A stretch of 64,000 nt of DNA from Syncephalis fuscata S228 (taxonomy: Eukaryota > Fungi > Zoopagomycota). Below, piece after piece: positions 1 through 13,162 of this stretch; position 1 is the stretch's first letter, and each line of letters starts with the position of its first letter. Position numbers and translations under genes: made by a program. Under the pieces are notes generated by a model, which made no database searches, was not told the DNA's origin, and saw only the letters and a program-made list of their open reading frames with translations. The stretch spans positions 248,001 through 312,000 of the forward strand of contig JAHLTZ010000008.1 of assembly GCA_025786725.1 (NCBI GenBank). Reading direction: 5' to 3'.

Positions 1-3000
1 ATGGCTTAGTCTATTAGGGATGCCTGTTTTGTGGCAATCTCAACCCATAGATGATCATTCTAGTCCATCAGATGTAGCATATCAAGCAGCTAGTCTATCG
101 TCACAAGTAGCAGTGCAACTATTGCCACTACTCTATCAATTAACAAATACACCTATTATTGCTATATTAAAGACTATGTATACAGGCGATTATGGCATCC
201 TCCAATTAAAGATCAATGGCTTGTTGAAGCGTGGTGTGTCATTATACGACTACTTGGACCTGACGATTTCTGGCGCGAATTTAATATTCTACTTTGTCGT
301 TCACTTGGTCATCAGGAAGTACGGCATTTACCAATCACTAATTGGTCATTGTTATCGGATCGTATCTCTTCTAATGATCGTGACAATTACGTCAATGGAT
401 TATTGTGGGTGCTCATTTAGAAAGATTGGCCTTTAAGAGTGAACAAGATAATTACCCTACAGCACTGCATCGTATTAAATATTATGAGCGTGATACGAAT
501 TGGACACTCTTACATTTACTTATTAAAGCAGCCATTGAGCAAGGAACACCACGTATTATTGAAGCATTATTTACGACAAGTTGGCAGTGTGTCACTTGGT
601 TTGAATGGACAGCAAGTATACCATTAATTAAACTCGCTTATCAATACTTTGATCAGCAGCAATTTATGGATAGTCAATATCCAGCCGTATTTTCATCGTT
701 TCTTGAACTGATTCGAACGAGTATAACATCGATGGTGGAACAGTAAGTATTGGCTGGATAGTATATTAACCATGTTATCTAATTATATTATAATATTCTA
801 GTATCAATACACGTAATGATGTGGATCGTACACATGAATTGCGTCTATTATCGGGTCTAGTATCGCGTCTTATTCCAACCCGTATTATAAGATTTTCTTC
901 TAATTTAAATGATCCTTCGTTATCTCGTGTATTGTCACAGCGACATGGGCAATTATACAATCATTGTATGCTTATTCTAACACTGGCCGATGCCACCTTA
1001 TCCATTATTGATAGACCATTTGCCGATTTGCTATTTCAATTTCTGCCACCAGATACTACAGATATTGCAGCCAAGCGTATCTGTCTTGATCAATGTAGTC
1101 AATTGGTGCATATCTATTATCGCCATGAACGTGTACCTATTGATGTATTGGCTGTATTGTCACATCAATTACAATTGCCTATAACGACTATAATTCATCA
1201 TCAACAGTTATAGATCAATCAAATTTGAGTACATTATGGAGGGCAAAACAGACGGCCAAGGAACAATGGATTGAATCAATACTGATGCAGTATACACGGA
1301 TATTAACGGGTATTGCACGTCAGTTTAGTAGTAATCTAAATGCTTTATCGCCATTATTACTTGATCAAGGTAAATGGTTTGTACTATTTGATTAACTAGT
1401 TAATTAACCTAATTTCCTTCTACTATGATATAGCTTGGTATCAAGTTGTTACGGCAACGAATCAAAGATTTCCAGCACAAATTCGTAAATGCGCACTTCA
1501 ATTGGCTCAAAAAATCTTAGATGCTTGGGTATCTTTACCAATAATAACCACGACTATGACTGAACCATGTAAGTTGGAATTGATAGAATAATAGTGCATA
1601 TGTAGTAATATAATTACAGATGATATAGAAATGCAAATACAAAAGGTAATTAATTAATTAATTATAGATAATAGAGTATAGAGTATAGACTAATTAAAGC
1701 TATTAAAAGACTATAGATCAGTATTTACTTGTACCATTACACCAGCTTATTCTACGCGGATCTATTCACAGTGGGTATTAATAAAACATAGAAATTAGAT
1801 ATTGATATAATATAATACTAGATTTACTACCATTAGGAGAAGAGAAAACAGTCAAGGATGCAATATTTGTACAATTCATTGAACTATTTGCTCATTGTAC
1901 ATGGGCCATGGTACGACGTCGTGCAAAGGTAATGACTATTCAAATAGTGAATATGCATAATTAAACAACCATTGCTATTATTTAGTCATGGGAAAGTTTT
2001 CTATTTGACTATAGTCGCTATTCCCTAATGATCATTGCGGATACTAAGACTCGGTGTCATAGTTTATTAATCTACTTGAATCATTTACTCGCTTTAGATA
2101 ATAGCTTATTAACCGTAAGTTATTAATGACATTTGTAAATGATACTAATAAACTATTAATAGCTATTTGAAGAGCTATTACTTGATGTGTGGTTTAAAAG
2201 TATTGTGGCACCCGACTGTTCACCACCGCTTCATCGTTATACTAATACATTATCCGCGATGGCTCGTGAGCATCAAAGATTATCGGCTTTCTACTTAGTT
2301 ACATCAAATTGGCCTATTAGTTATGAACGTTTGAGCAATTAAGAGAACCATTACTTACAGGTAATTGATAATATTGTATAAATATAAATATAAATATAAA
2401 TAGATAAATAGTCAATACTAATAGCCATTAATAAGGTGTATTAAAACAAATGGAGCGTCTCCATTGGACGGTGTCACCTTGTCCTCAACGTATACGTAAA
2501 GATACAAATTATATCAAATCAATATTAATAAGTCTACGTAATTACTATCAGGTAATGTTAATTGTACTATTACCTTCTATTTGTTAATCTATGACATACA
2601 GTCTATCAATTCTCATTTGAAATCTATTTATGCTTCATTTGTGCAACGAATGGTTACAGTTATTAGCAAACACGGTGCCGTATTCCTTACTGATCCTACC
2701 ACTCATCAAATTCATTTAAACGAACTTTTATTCTTTTCACAAGCTGAATTTAAAGTGTCTTTAACGTAAGTATATCAAATGATTCACAGTATATCATGTC
2801 TAATATTTAGATAGTGATCGATGGAGTGTGGTACAACGTATTCGCCATTTACCACCTGGACAATCATCTATATTTACAGCAATATTACAGGATCGCTTTT
2901 TATCCTATATTCACTTGGAACCAGATGGCTATGTTTCAATTACTGGCAAATCAATTCTTATTTCTGCTTTAAGAAATACACTAATAGATGATGAGAAGAA

Positions 3001-3959
3001 GTACCAAATGTATTCAATGGTAATAAACACCTATATATATATATATAATTATGTAATACTCATTCTATAACTAATACTAGGTATCATTCCATTGCCGATT
3101 TACGTATTCAATGTTAAAGCAATGCTATTGTCATTCATCAATTGAATTAGCCGGTATCATGAATGTCTCTAGTGATATACTATCAACACTGCCTGTAGAT
3201 TGGATATCCATCAAGGATAAACAAGGAACTGCACTTGATGATTACTGTCTAGAGGCAATATATAGTGTACAACTGACTATCTATACTATAGTGCATTTAA
3301 TGGTATATAGTATAATAAAAATAATAGAATAGTCTATACTTACTATTATAATAATAGCAAAATAGATCCGATACTTGGTTATGGGTCAATACACTTGATT
3401 TTATTAATAATTGGATTGAAACACATCAAGCAATGCTTATTCAATATGATATGACCGGTAATTACGTAATATTATCAACAATACTATTTATTCACAAATA
3501 ATTAGATCAACGATGCTTTCTATTAATTACAATAGGATGTAAAATCATTCATTTTATAATGGAACAAGTAAATAGTCCATCTAGTCTCAATTCTATATCA
3601 TTATCATCATCAGACTGGCTAGTTAATGAATTGATTGAATTGGAACGATTATCATGGCAACAATGGAGATGTACACGATATGACCCACCCTCATCATTTG
3701 TTATAGATTCATCTCGTACATCATTAAATCTAATTGACCCTTTATTAGTAAGTTGAATTATCATTATTATTAATAATACTAGCCTATATTAATATAAATA
3801 CTTTATAATTAGATGCAAACACGTATTCATCAAAGTATCCATCGATTATATCTTTTAGGTCAACGATGGGATCGATCTATCACTTTACCTTCTACCATTC
3901 ATTTATCTAATACTATTAGACCGCTTGATTGTTTATTCTCTACACCTTCATTATTATAA
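1..3959 (+). CDS. Mms22/Mus7-like DNA repair protein (multi-exon, 5' end outside window)
   Basis: Many short GT-AG introns. Spliced segments 'FIELFAHCTWAMVRRRAK/SWESFLFDYSRYSL', 'LLLDVWFKSIVAP...LHRYTNTL' and 'IYASFVQRMVTVISKH' resemble fungal Mus7/Mms22 C-terminal motifs (from memory, not a search). Last exon MQTRIHQS...TPSLL ends in TAA at 3957-3959. Confidence 0.5.
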
Positions 3960-4014
3960 ATCAGTATTTATTCAAAAAACATAAAGTATAGAGGAATAGA
4001 ACGAGCTAGAAAGT

Positions 4015-4060
4015 GACGGAGACGAGAGAGAGAGAGAAAGAAGGAGAGAGAGAGAGAGGT
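4015..4060 (+). repeat. (GA)n microsatellite / purine tract between convergent genes
   Basis: gagagagagagagaaagaaggagagagagagagagg seen directly. Confidence 0.9.
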
Positions 4061-4204
4061 GAATCGAATAAATAGAAATAGAGGAAAGTGCGAAGTAGTA
4101 GTAGCGACGGTATAGATAGATAGATAGTGAATAGTGAATAGATGGATAAGTGATAGGTGAATATACGCAAGAGACGCAGATAATAATCAGGCTATTGCCG
4201 CAAT

Positions 4205-7200
4205 CTAAAGATATCCTAATTGGTTAAGTGTAGCCCGTTTATCAACATCTAATGAGGCGAGTAACTTCCGTCCCATTTCACCGGCACCTTCTGAAAGCAT
4301 CTTTTTAAGCATTTCATGCATTTCTTGACAAAGTTCAGAGGGTAGGAAATCGGCAGCCAATGCATCTGTAAATACATGGCCCAAATGAAGGAAGATATGA
4401 TCCAGATTGACCGGTAGTGCTGGATGTTGTCTATACAATGATTTAATATTATATAAAATATAAATATAAATGGCTACTTACGCATTTAATAGAGATAGTA
4501 AGAATGTATAGGTCATTGGTGCTTCTTCATAATCCTCTAGAATAGGTAGAGCCGAGAACCAAATAGGAAGAATAGTATTTAGATCTAATTTCTCAGGGGC
4601 AAATTTGCATATTTTAGTCAATGCAGCTATGGCACTTTCTGTAGCAAATAGATTTTCTTCATCTCGAGCATTAGGTGCTTGAATAACCTTGATCAATTGA
4701 GGAACAGCCGCTATACATAATAGATGAGCCTATAATAGTAGTTGTAGTATATTAGACTATTTACCTGTGGTGGCTTCATAATAATGTGGTCCTCCAAATT
4801 GAGCACATACACCAATACCATAGGCGCCAGCTTGACGTATATTCTCGTCTAATAAATATAAATATAAATATAAATAATTGAATAAATACTATATTATTAT
4901 ATTTACTTACTTTCATCTGTAATGGCTTGTAGTAGTTGAGTAAGGAAATGTGATTGGTAGTGCCATGAAGCAGGACCGGTAAATTCAATGATATCATCCA
5001 CTAGACAAAGAACCCATTGACGGGAAGATGGATTGGAATTGGTCTAAATAAATAAATAAATACGTAAATACGTAAATACGTAAATAGTTGACTATTAATA
5101 ACTTACTAGAAATCCATCCACAAATGGCATAAGTTGTTCAAAGTAAGAGAAAAATACATCTCGATGTGTTTTAATAATAACATGAAGTGCCTTTGACATC
5201 TATTAATAATTATAGATTAGTTACTACAATTATTACTAATAAATAGGAATGTGTCAATTACCTCTGCCAACATGGCATCATCTTCTTCCTCTTCTAAAGT
5301 AAAAGCATCTTCATCTTCATTTTCATAGCCTTGAGCTTCTCGTTCCTCTATATAGTTTATTAAACATAAGTACTATTCATTGGCCTATTTACTAATATAC
5401 CTTGTCGATTCTTTAATCGTTGACAGTATTCTTTCAATTGGGATTCTACCGCTTTGATGAAGAACTCGAGTTGTTCTGGCGACATACAACTGTCACCCAA
5501 CTCCTCAATACACTATATTATAACAATAAATACACCAATTGGTAATTTAATACTTTAACAGTCTGACTACTTACATCAGTATAAGAGGCAAACAATTGCT
5601 GAAGGAAGCTAGGATCAGCTTCACTAAAGGTGACCTCATTCAATCGTTGACATATAACTGACCACATTTGTTTCACAGCCGGTATATCCTCTAATCACTC
5701 ATTGGTATCATGTGTATATGTGTTATACATATTCTATACGTACTTGGTTCACTTTGAGAGACACAATATAAAAGCATAGGAATAACCGTTGCTGCCGCAA
5801 ATCGTACGCCTTCATGGAAGTAGAATTTAAGTAAAGGCAATACAATATTAAGCACTTGTTCAACATATGGACGGAATACTGGTCCAAGTTCTCGTGCGTA
5901 ACAAACAAACATCTCTACCGCGGCACACTTCTCGTCCAAAACGGTCGTCTTTATACCAAATTGCTGCCCATCAATACCCACAAACTCCCATCCATCCTCC
6001 GGTGAAAATTTCTTCTCGGCATCTTCTTCCCCTGTAAGTAGATTATATGTAAATTACTTGTTGCTATAAACTAAATAGACCATTCAAGGTATTGTCGCCT
6101 ACCATCGACAATTGTAAAATCCGGCTTTAATTGGGCCGATCTCATAAGTGGCGGTAATACAACTTGTAAATACGGGGCAAAGTCAGCTCCTAACACTTTA
6201 CAAATACGAGCCCATGATTGTAACAGATAATAAGACTGTGGATCATCTGAATCAACAATGGTGCCTAAATGTCATATTCATTAATTGACGTTGATTACTT
6301 AATTGCCATAATAAATACCTTGCATTTGAATCATTAAATCAATTAACTGTTGAGCATGTTCAGCAAATACTTTTTTGCCAACTGCCAATGCTAATAGTAT
6401 AGTAATATATTAGTAATATATTAGTATAGTAATAGTTGATTAATATTCAATACTTGCCAATTAGTGTGGCACATTCCAATGCTTTACCACGTAATGTACG
6501 ATATTCTCGAGTAGCCGCTTGAGCCAGTACATTCATCAACATAGGCATAATAGTATTGTAGAACTAGTATTGAATGTCATATAAATATTAACTCAATTGC
6601 ATTAGCATGCCTAAATACCTTGACAAATCGATCTTGAGCACTATCAGCCATAGTGGCTATCGTAGTGATGGCTTGTTCTTGCATATACATTTTATTTGTA
6701 TTTAGTAATGCTACCAACTTTTCTAGAATAGCATCCATATATGGTTCAAGTATTTCTTTATCGGCTGCTTCACAGAAGTTGACCAATGCAGCTGCTGCAT
6801 GAGTTTGAACTCTAGTAGGTATTTTTTAGTTAATATTTCTATTAGTAAATTGCAATATTACCTGGGCTGTGCTGTATCATCCATGGCAGGTATTAATTTC
6901 TGTAATACAGGCTGGTGGAAATGGCGTTGTAAAACACCCTACATAGTATATTAGTATCAATATATCAATATCAATATATCAGTGTATCAATATAGAATAG
7001 CACTTACTGCAAAATCTGTTGACATTTGTCCAATAGCATTACAGGCAGCATATCGGACACGAGGATGAACATCTTGGAAAGATGGCAGTACTAGTCTATA
7101 GTTTATATTTATTAATAATAAAACCTAAATAACTATAATGCTCCACTTACTCAATTACTTTTCCAAGTTCCTTTTCCATAATCTTTGCACAACCTTCAGC

Positions 7201-8927
7201 AATTGAAGAAATGGCCATTAATGCCGCATGACGCTGAGACCATGAACTTGATCGTAGCATATCCGGAATATATTGGAATGATACCGGCAGTATATGTGTG
7301 CCACCTAACAAGCTATTTAGTCTCTAATAATAACAACAACAACAACAATATACCGAGTATAATGGTAGCTTACCTAATGCACGAGCCAATCGATCCATGG
7401 CTTGTTCGCAAATAATATAGTTCTCATCGCTATCATCTTGTGCCGGCTATATAATACATAATAGATATATTAATAAATACTTTATAGTAGCAATAATATA
7501 TATATATTCTATTTACATCATCGGTAGTGTACCAAGTCTCGTCATCTTCTAGTTCGGCCATCATCATTAAACAAAGTGGAACAAGTGTAACAGCAAAGTT
7601 GGGAACTTCTTCATCATAGAAGGCGATGCTTCACACAGTGTTAACAATAGTTCTAGTGCTGATTGACGTGTGCCTATCATTTATATAGTAACAAATAGTT
7701 AAATTAAAGATATAGTATATATATATATTAAACCATTAACCATCTAAAGGATACGTTCTTCAAACTTTGATTCTGCCGATATAATCTTAATACAAGTGCC
7801 TACAAGATCAACGAGAATGGTGCGGAATAGCTTTGGTAGCCGTTCGGCCAATTCAATAAATGCCGATAAAGCTTCATTAATTGCCAATCATCTTGTTTTT
7901 CTGCCAATACCACCAATACTTGTAACATTTGAGGGGTTACTGAAGCAAATCCATTACGGACACGTGCATTGGCTTCCATCAAAAATGCTACACAAGCACG
8001 CATAGCTGATAGGCGTACCTATTAATAAGTTACACATTAATAGCCGTATACTATTAAGTGTTATCATCGATCATTTACCGTAATATCTTCATCACGTAGA
8101 CGTTCCGAGAATGCATTGAGTATATGCTCAGGTGGCTGACTTTCAAGAATTGATGGAATAACTGAAAAGATACGGAATGCACAATCACGTCGATCGGCTA
8201 CTGGTGCACTGCAAAGCTCAAATAATAAGGTTTGTAAGGCTGGCCATGGTTCTATTAATACATATTGTATACATATTATATATACATATTATATATATAC
8301 TTAGTCATTATAATTATTTAATATTGATGTTCTAATACTTACGACCTCGATTAATAACATTTTTATATACTTCGGCAATAGTATCGCTTAATTTGTGAAG
8401 AACACTGCTAGTTGGCTCGTCTTTTAAGCTTAGTAGCAATTCTTGCATACAGCGTATACGGGTCTCATTGGATACGGCATCCCATGTGGCAACAGCAAGT
8501 GTATCACCTGCCTCTACTGCTGTCTTGGGTGGACTTTTGAAGGCCAAACGACGGAATAGCACAGCCGAGAATGAGCGTATCTACGTCACAAATGCACACA
8601 CACACACACACACAGTATATAGTAGTACACATACACAGGCATGCATACCATAGATTGTAGCATATAGGTTAGTATTTACTTTTCTCTTATACATTCTACA
8701 AATATCTACACGCCACCAATCAACGCTGATCAAGCACTTACATCGGCTGCCGAATCATGTCGACACAAATGCGTAAGACCAAGTAGGAGTGCATCCGCTT
8801 GCTGAGCCATCCAGAACTGATCGAGCTGCTGTTCTGCCTGCGATCGTTGTATATTATCAACAGATACCAGGTGACCCAGCAACTGGCGGAGCTGTGCCAC
8901 CGATTCCTGAGTAAAGTAGCTGTCCAT
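4205..8927 (-). CDS. PSE1: Importin-5 / karyopherin beta-3 (Pse1/Kap121/Sal3), HEAT repeats, many exons
   Basis: ATG at 8927 ([17 protein letters not shown]...[11 protein letters not shown]). Motifs [85 protein letters not shown] at 4205-4207. One apparent -1 homopolymer deletion near 7607. Confidence 0.95.
7674..7754 (-). other. Candidate U12-type (minor) GT-AG intron in importin-5
   Basis: Donor GTATCCTTT; splicing gives KFEER|TRQSALELL in frame. The U12 branch site is only degenerate (TCTTTAAT/ATTTAAC). Confidence 0.6.
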
Positions 8928-9400
8928 AATAATAATAATAATATACTAGTTGTAATAGTGAGGTATCAACGCGAATCAGCTGCTGTTGAACAAGCGTGTA
9001 ATCAAATGGTAGAAGGATTGGCCTCAAAGCCACAGCGTCGACAACAACAACGACAGTAACAGCAGCAACCACTGGAACAGTCGTGGGGAAGCGTCGGCAC
9101 GTACAGGCACACGTACAGGCACACACACACCAGTGGCAGTGTAAAATGATAACAAAAAAGAAAGCAAAGCGTAGAACAGCTAAGAGAAGTAAGCAGCACC
9201 CATATAAAAAATAATAATTACATACTTCCAGGGGGTGGTAATCACATCACCTAATGACCATTAATGATCGGTGGATATTAAATAAATGACTATTACATTG
9301 TTCACAGTACATGATCATAATGATAACAATTTTATATAATTAAAGGCTTATACCGTTACTAAAGTAAGAGTGGGATTCTGTTGTTACTTATAGTGGTATT

Positions 9401-10079
9401 TCAAAGAGGGGTTGACGGTTGTTCTGTAGCCATGATCTCGGCCAGTACTTTACCGTCGTCGTCATAGACAAGTGCACCACCCTTCCAGGCATTAAATGAC
9501 AGGCCAATCGATTTATTGCGTTCATATTCACGCTGAATAGCCGCTGCATCTCCTCGCCAATCGCGGTACAGTTGCAGATTCTGCCGTCCAATAAGTCGGA
9601 TGCATTTCAGACGTAAATCATTGCCCGACTATAATGTTTTATATTTTATAGATATACAAATATTAATAACACGTCGTTTATTTATTAAACGCTACCATAG
9701 GCAATCAGTTACACTTACCCATTCACTAAGAAGTTCCTCGGATATTTCGCGGAAATGACCAATACCATGCTTTTCTATGCCCTTAATTAATAAGGCGCGT
9801 TCTTTGTCCGTCCATCGACGCTCACTTGCTGGTTGGAAAAGCGATGGATCAGGTCGAAAGTAACTGGCAGATAATAGAGGAAATAGCTAAATTAGACAAT
9901 TTACTATCTGGTGTACTACAATCTACATACGCTTGGTTTAATGTACCGTCTTCATGAATAACTCTACACGGCAAGTCAAACTCTTCTCGAACACAGAATT
10001 GCAGGCGCATATGCTTGACCCATTCTTGTCGCTCTGTTAGCGTAGTAAAAGTATGGATTGGTGGTGATTCAGTAGTCAT
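9401..10079 (-). CDS. Myb/HTH-like protein, homologue of the p2 (or p1) accessory subunit of the MTA1c DNA N6-adenine methyltransferase complex
   Basis: Three exons (10079-9931, 9863-9719, 9628-9401) splice to MTTESPP...WVKHMRLQFCVREEF...IHEDGTLNQAYF...RWTDKERALLIKGIEKHGIGHFREISEELLSEWSGNDLRLKCIRLIGRQNLQLYRDWRG...YERNKSIG...WKGGALVYDDDG. The MR..EDG.LN..YF + W...GIE..G.G + LR...LG pattern matches ciliate p2 as I recall it. Confidence 0.72.
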
Positions 10080-11994
10080 GATAGTAATAGTAACAGTAAT
10101 AATACTAAAAGTAATAGGATAGAAATAAAGTTAATTTTTTAATTTGCATAAATCCACAGTTTTATTCTTGTTCATTCTTTTATGGTTAACATTTACTTTG
10201 CACCCAAAGCAAAACTTATTTCAATTAAAGTCATGTTATTATATAGGACATATTGTTATAGCTTTCAATTACATATAGCCTATTAGATGAATGAAGTAAA
10301 GAAGTTGAGCTATTAATAATAGCTCTAAAACCAAAAGAATAACTGCAATAACTAGCGCTATTTACTAGATAATAAAATACTATACAATTGTATGAATATA
10401 CGAATTTATGCGACGATTAGCTTTGTTAAAGTTATTGAGCATATGCATGATCAATGGCCAACATTAGTCGACATTTATTAATAATAAAACTAGAAAAAAA
10501 TAAAAAGTTTTGGATAGAAGAAGACTAGACGAGTATAGAATGATATATAAAATCATAAATATACGGTAAGAAAGCACATAAAACAATGTTAAAGTTATAG
10601 TGCATATAGCGTAATGAGTGGAGTGAGTAAAGTATATTAAAGCCTGTAATAAATAAAATGCGTCTAGTATATCATAGAATGATGTATAGTGATGTGGAAT
10701 GAAATAGAAATGATATAGGTAAATGGTGGATATATGCGTACTGGATAACGAATCTATGATGACGAGTATTTGATGAGTGATGTCACTCACCACCCAGCAT
10801 CATGTTCAATAGATTGGGCGTTATTAGCTGTTAGCCATTTAACCACAAATTATACTAATTATTAATAAATTGTTTGATGATTGCAAAAAAAGAATTATTT
10901 TATTTAATTGATAAATGATATGATAGATTTAATATGCCAATAAAAACTATGAATAAATGTCACTGTACATAGAAAGACTATAAATAAATTGAAGTACTGA
11001 CGATGAGATGTTTAAATAGTAGAGTAAAATATAAAAAGTGATTAGCAAAAGGTAGTATATAGTCACCACAGCCATTGTATTAGCAACTGTAAATACACAA
11101 CAGTAGTGATGACTTTACTGCTAATATGATGTTGAACAATTTCGTAGTGTTAGCACATAAATGCAGTTTATTACTATGGAATTGAACAAACATATGTTAA
11201 CACGACATGTAATGTTGATTTATAGCAATTCAAGCCAATCGGTATATTTGCAATATATGTAAAGCGTAGAAAAGCATTAATGAATAAATATCATGAAGTG
11301 TAAATGAAATGAACAAAAGTATGATGACATAGATTATAAATTGTGTAATTAACAGAGTATATTTATGAAGACATGAAGCATAAATATTAATGGCAAAGTA
11401 ATAATTATAATACAAATACTAAAAGTCAATCAATCTAAAGTGACGGTACAATATAAAACACATTAGTAGTAAAGTAACAAATACAGTAAAGATAAATGGC
11501 ATTGAACATCAAGGGCCAGTATTATAGAACAAATAATCAGCAAAATGATTAGTATAATAGGAATGATAAATAACAAAGAATAGCAATCAATTGCATAAAT
11601 GCAAATATAATTATAGAATATGCCATTGATAAAACAGTGAGTGTAATACAGAAAATAGATAGCAAACAATAATGACAGTAGTGACAAAAAGCATTCTAAA
11701 TAAACTACTATCTAGAAATTACCATCGTATAATACTTCTGAGCCAATCTACGTAAAAATGTGGTGCGGCAACATATTTAGAAAGGCAAAGCAATGGATTA
11801 CTAGCAATATAAATAAATAAAATGGATTGAAATGAGCTTTGAGTTTCATATCTTTTATTTCCAAAAAAGTATGGGTCGCAAAATAAAACGGCTTCTCTCT
11901 CTCAATCTCTTTATTAGCCTTCCGTGTTTCCTTTCTCTTCCCCTTTAACAACAGCTACTTTACTGTCTTTCCTTTGATCATCATAAGATTGAAC

Positions 11995-12552
11995 ATGTCG
12001 TTTGCCGCTTTGCGCCAATTTAGCCGTAGTCAGGCTGCACGTCGTTTCTACTCTAGTGCCGCGGCAACAAGCTATGCCGCTGAACGTGAGGCCGTTCGTG
12101 AACACGCCCAACGTAGGCTACAACAATGACGCGTTTATACTATATAGCCTGATGACTGTGGTATTTCTTATAGATGCGTCTGCGCTTTGGTTTAAGGTGT
12201 CTATTGCGGCTATCCCCGCCTTGATTGTTGCTAGCTACAACGCCTATCGTTTGATGGTAGAGCACGAAGAGCATATGAAGCATCATCATGAAGAGAATAT
12301 CAAGTATCCATATCTTATGATTCGTAAGAAGGCAAGTATTTATAATTGATAAATTTAATTAATACATTATTAATTACAACATATTTATAAAATATATAAC
12401 TTATAATTCTTACTATTATTATAGCCATTCCCATTCGGTGATGGTAAGTTGTTGTCAACATTATAGGATGTCATATCAATAATTTATATTTATTCTTAGG
12501 TAACCACACTCTCTTCTACAACGCAGAGCTCAATGATAAATACGAGGAATAA
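11995..12552 (+). CDS. COX13: Cytochrome c oxidase subunit 6A (Cox13), 4 exons
   Basis: Mitochondrial presequence MSFAALRQFSRSQAARRFYSS, then EREAVREHA...LWFKVS, YPYLMIRKK/PFPFGDG/NHTLFYN. Contains a GC-AG intron (donor 12332) and a 19-nt exon at 12425-12443. Confidence 0.93.
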
Positions 12553-12877
12553 TTGCTGTCTATGCATAGGCGTGCTTGTTGCATGGATTATTCTTAACAA
12601 TAAATCTATGCCATTTATCTTAATTGATATGTTGTATAACAGTACTATATATATATTGATATTAATATTATATAAATAATAGTGAATTGATGATAGATAT
12701 GATTGTAGAGAATGGTTAAATGTTAATCGACAGTATATAATATAGTTTTATTATAGCTATATAAATGATAGTACGCTATTTAATATCAACATTATTTGAT
12801 TGAACACAATAATGTCATATATATATATATAAATAAAAGCTATTCCACGCTTTTATTTGTTCTAGAAAGTCTATGGT

Positions 12878-13015
12878 TTATCAGATGGATGGTATGATCA
12901 GTGGAGTGCTATAAAGCCTTCGGCTTATTAATCCAATAGCCTTCATTTGCTATCTGATAAGTACTTTCCTTTTGTGAATCCACGGGAAATCTGATACCGA
13001 CCGGTATGACGATAA
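12878..13015. promoter_or_regulatory. Cluster of iron-responsive GATA-factor sites (ATCWGATAA type) upstream of ISU1
   Basis: ATCTGATAA on the minus strand at 12878-12886, ATCTGATAA at 12952-12960, ATCTGATAC at 12989-12997, GATAA at 13011-13015; CCAAT at 12933-12937. Confidence 0.65.
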
Positions 13016-13162
13016 CCGCATTTACTCACTCGTTTATTCGCTTGTATTGGTCCATTCAGTTCTGATCTTCGTTATTAATAAAAGATAGAATTGCCACATT
13101 TTCCCTTTTCTTTTCTTCTTTAGTTGTATGCTATTTCTTTCTTTTGATACTTGTTATACACT

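Noticed and set aside
12891-12998. C/D-box snoRNA (ATGATCA...CTGA with a GGTA/TACC terminal stem)
   Set aside because: Box C is imperfect, I recognised no rRNA guide, and the CTGA motifs are better explained as parts of ATCTGATA GATA sites; an Infernal/snoscan run would settle it.
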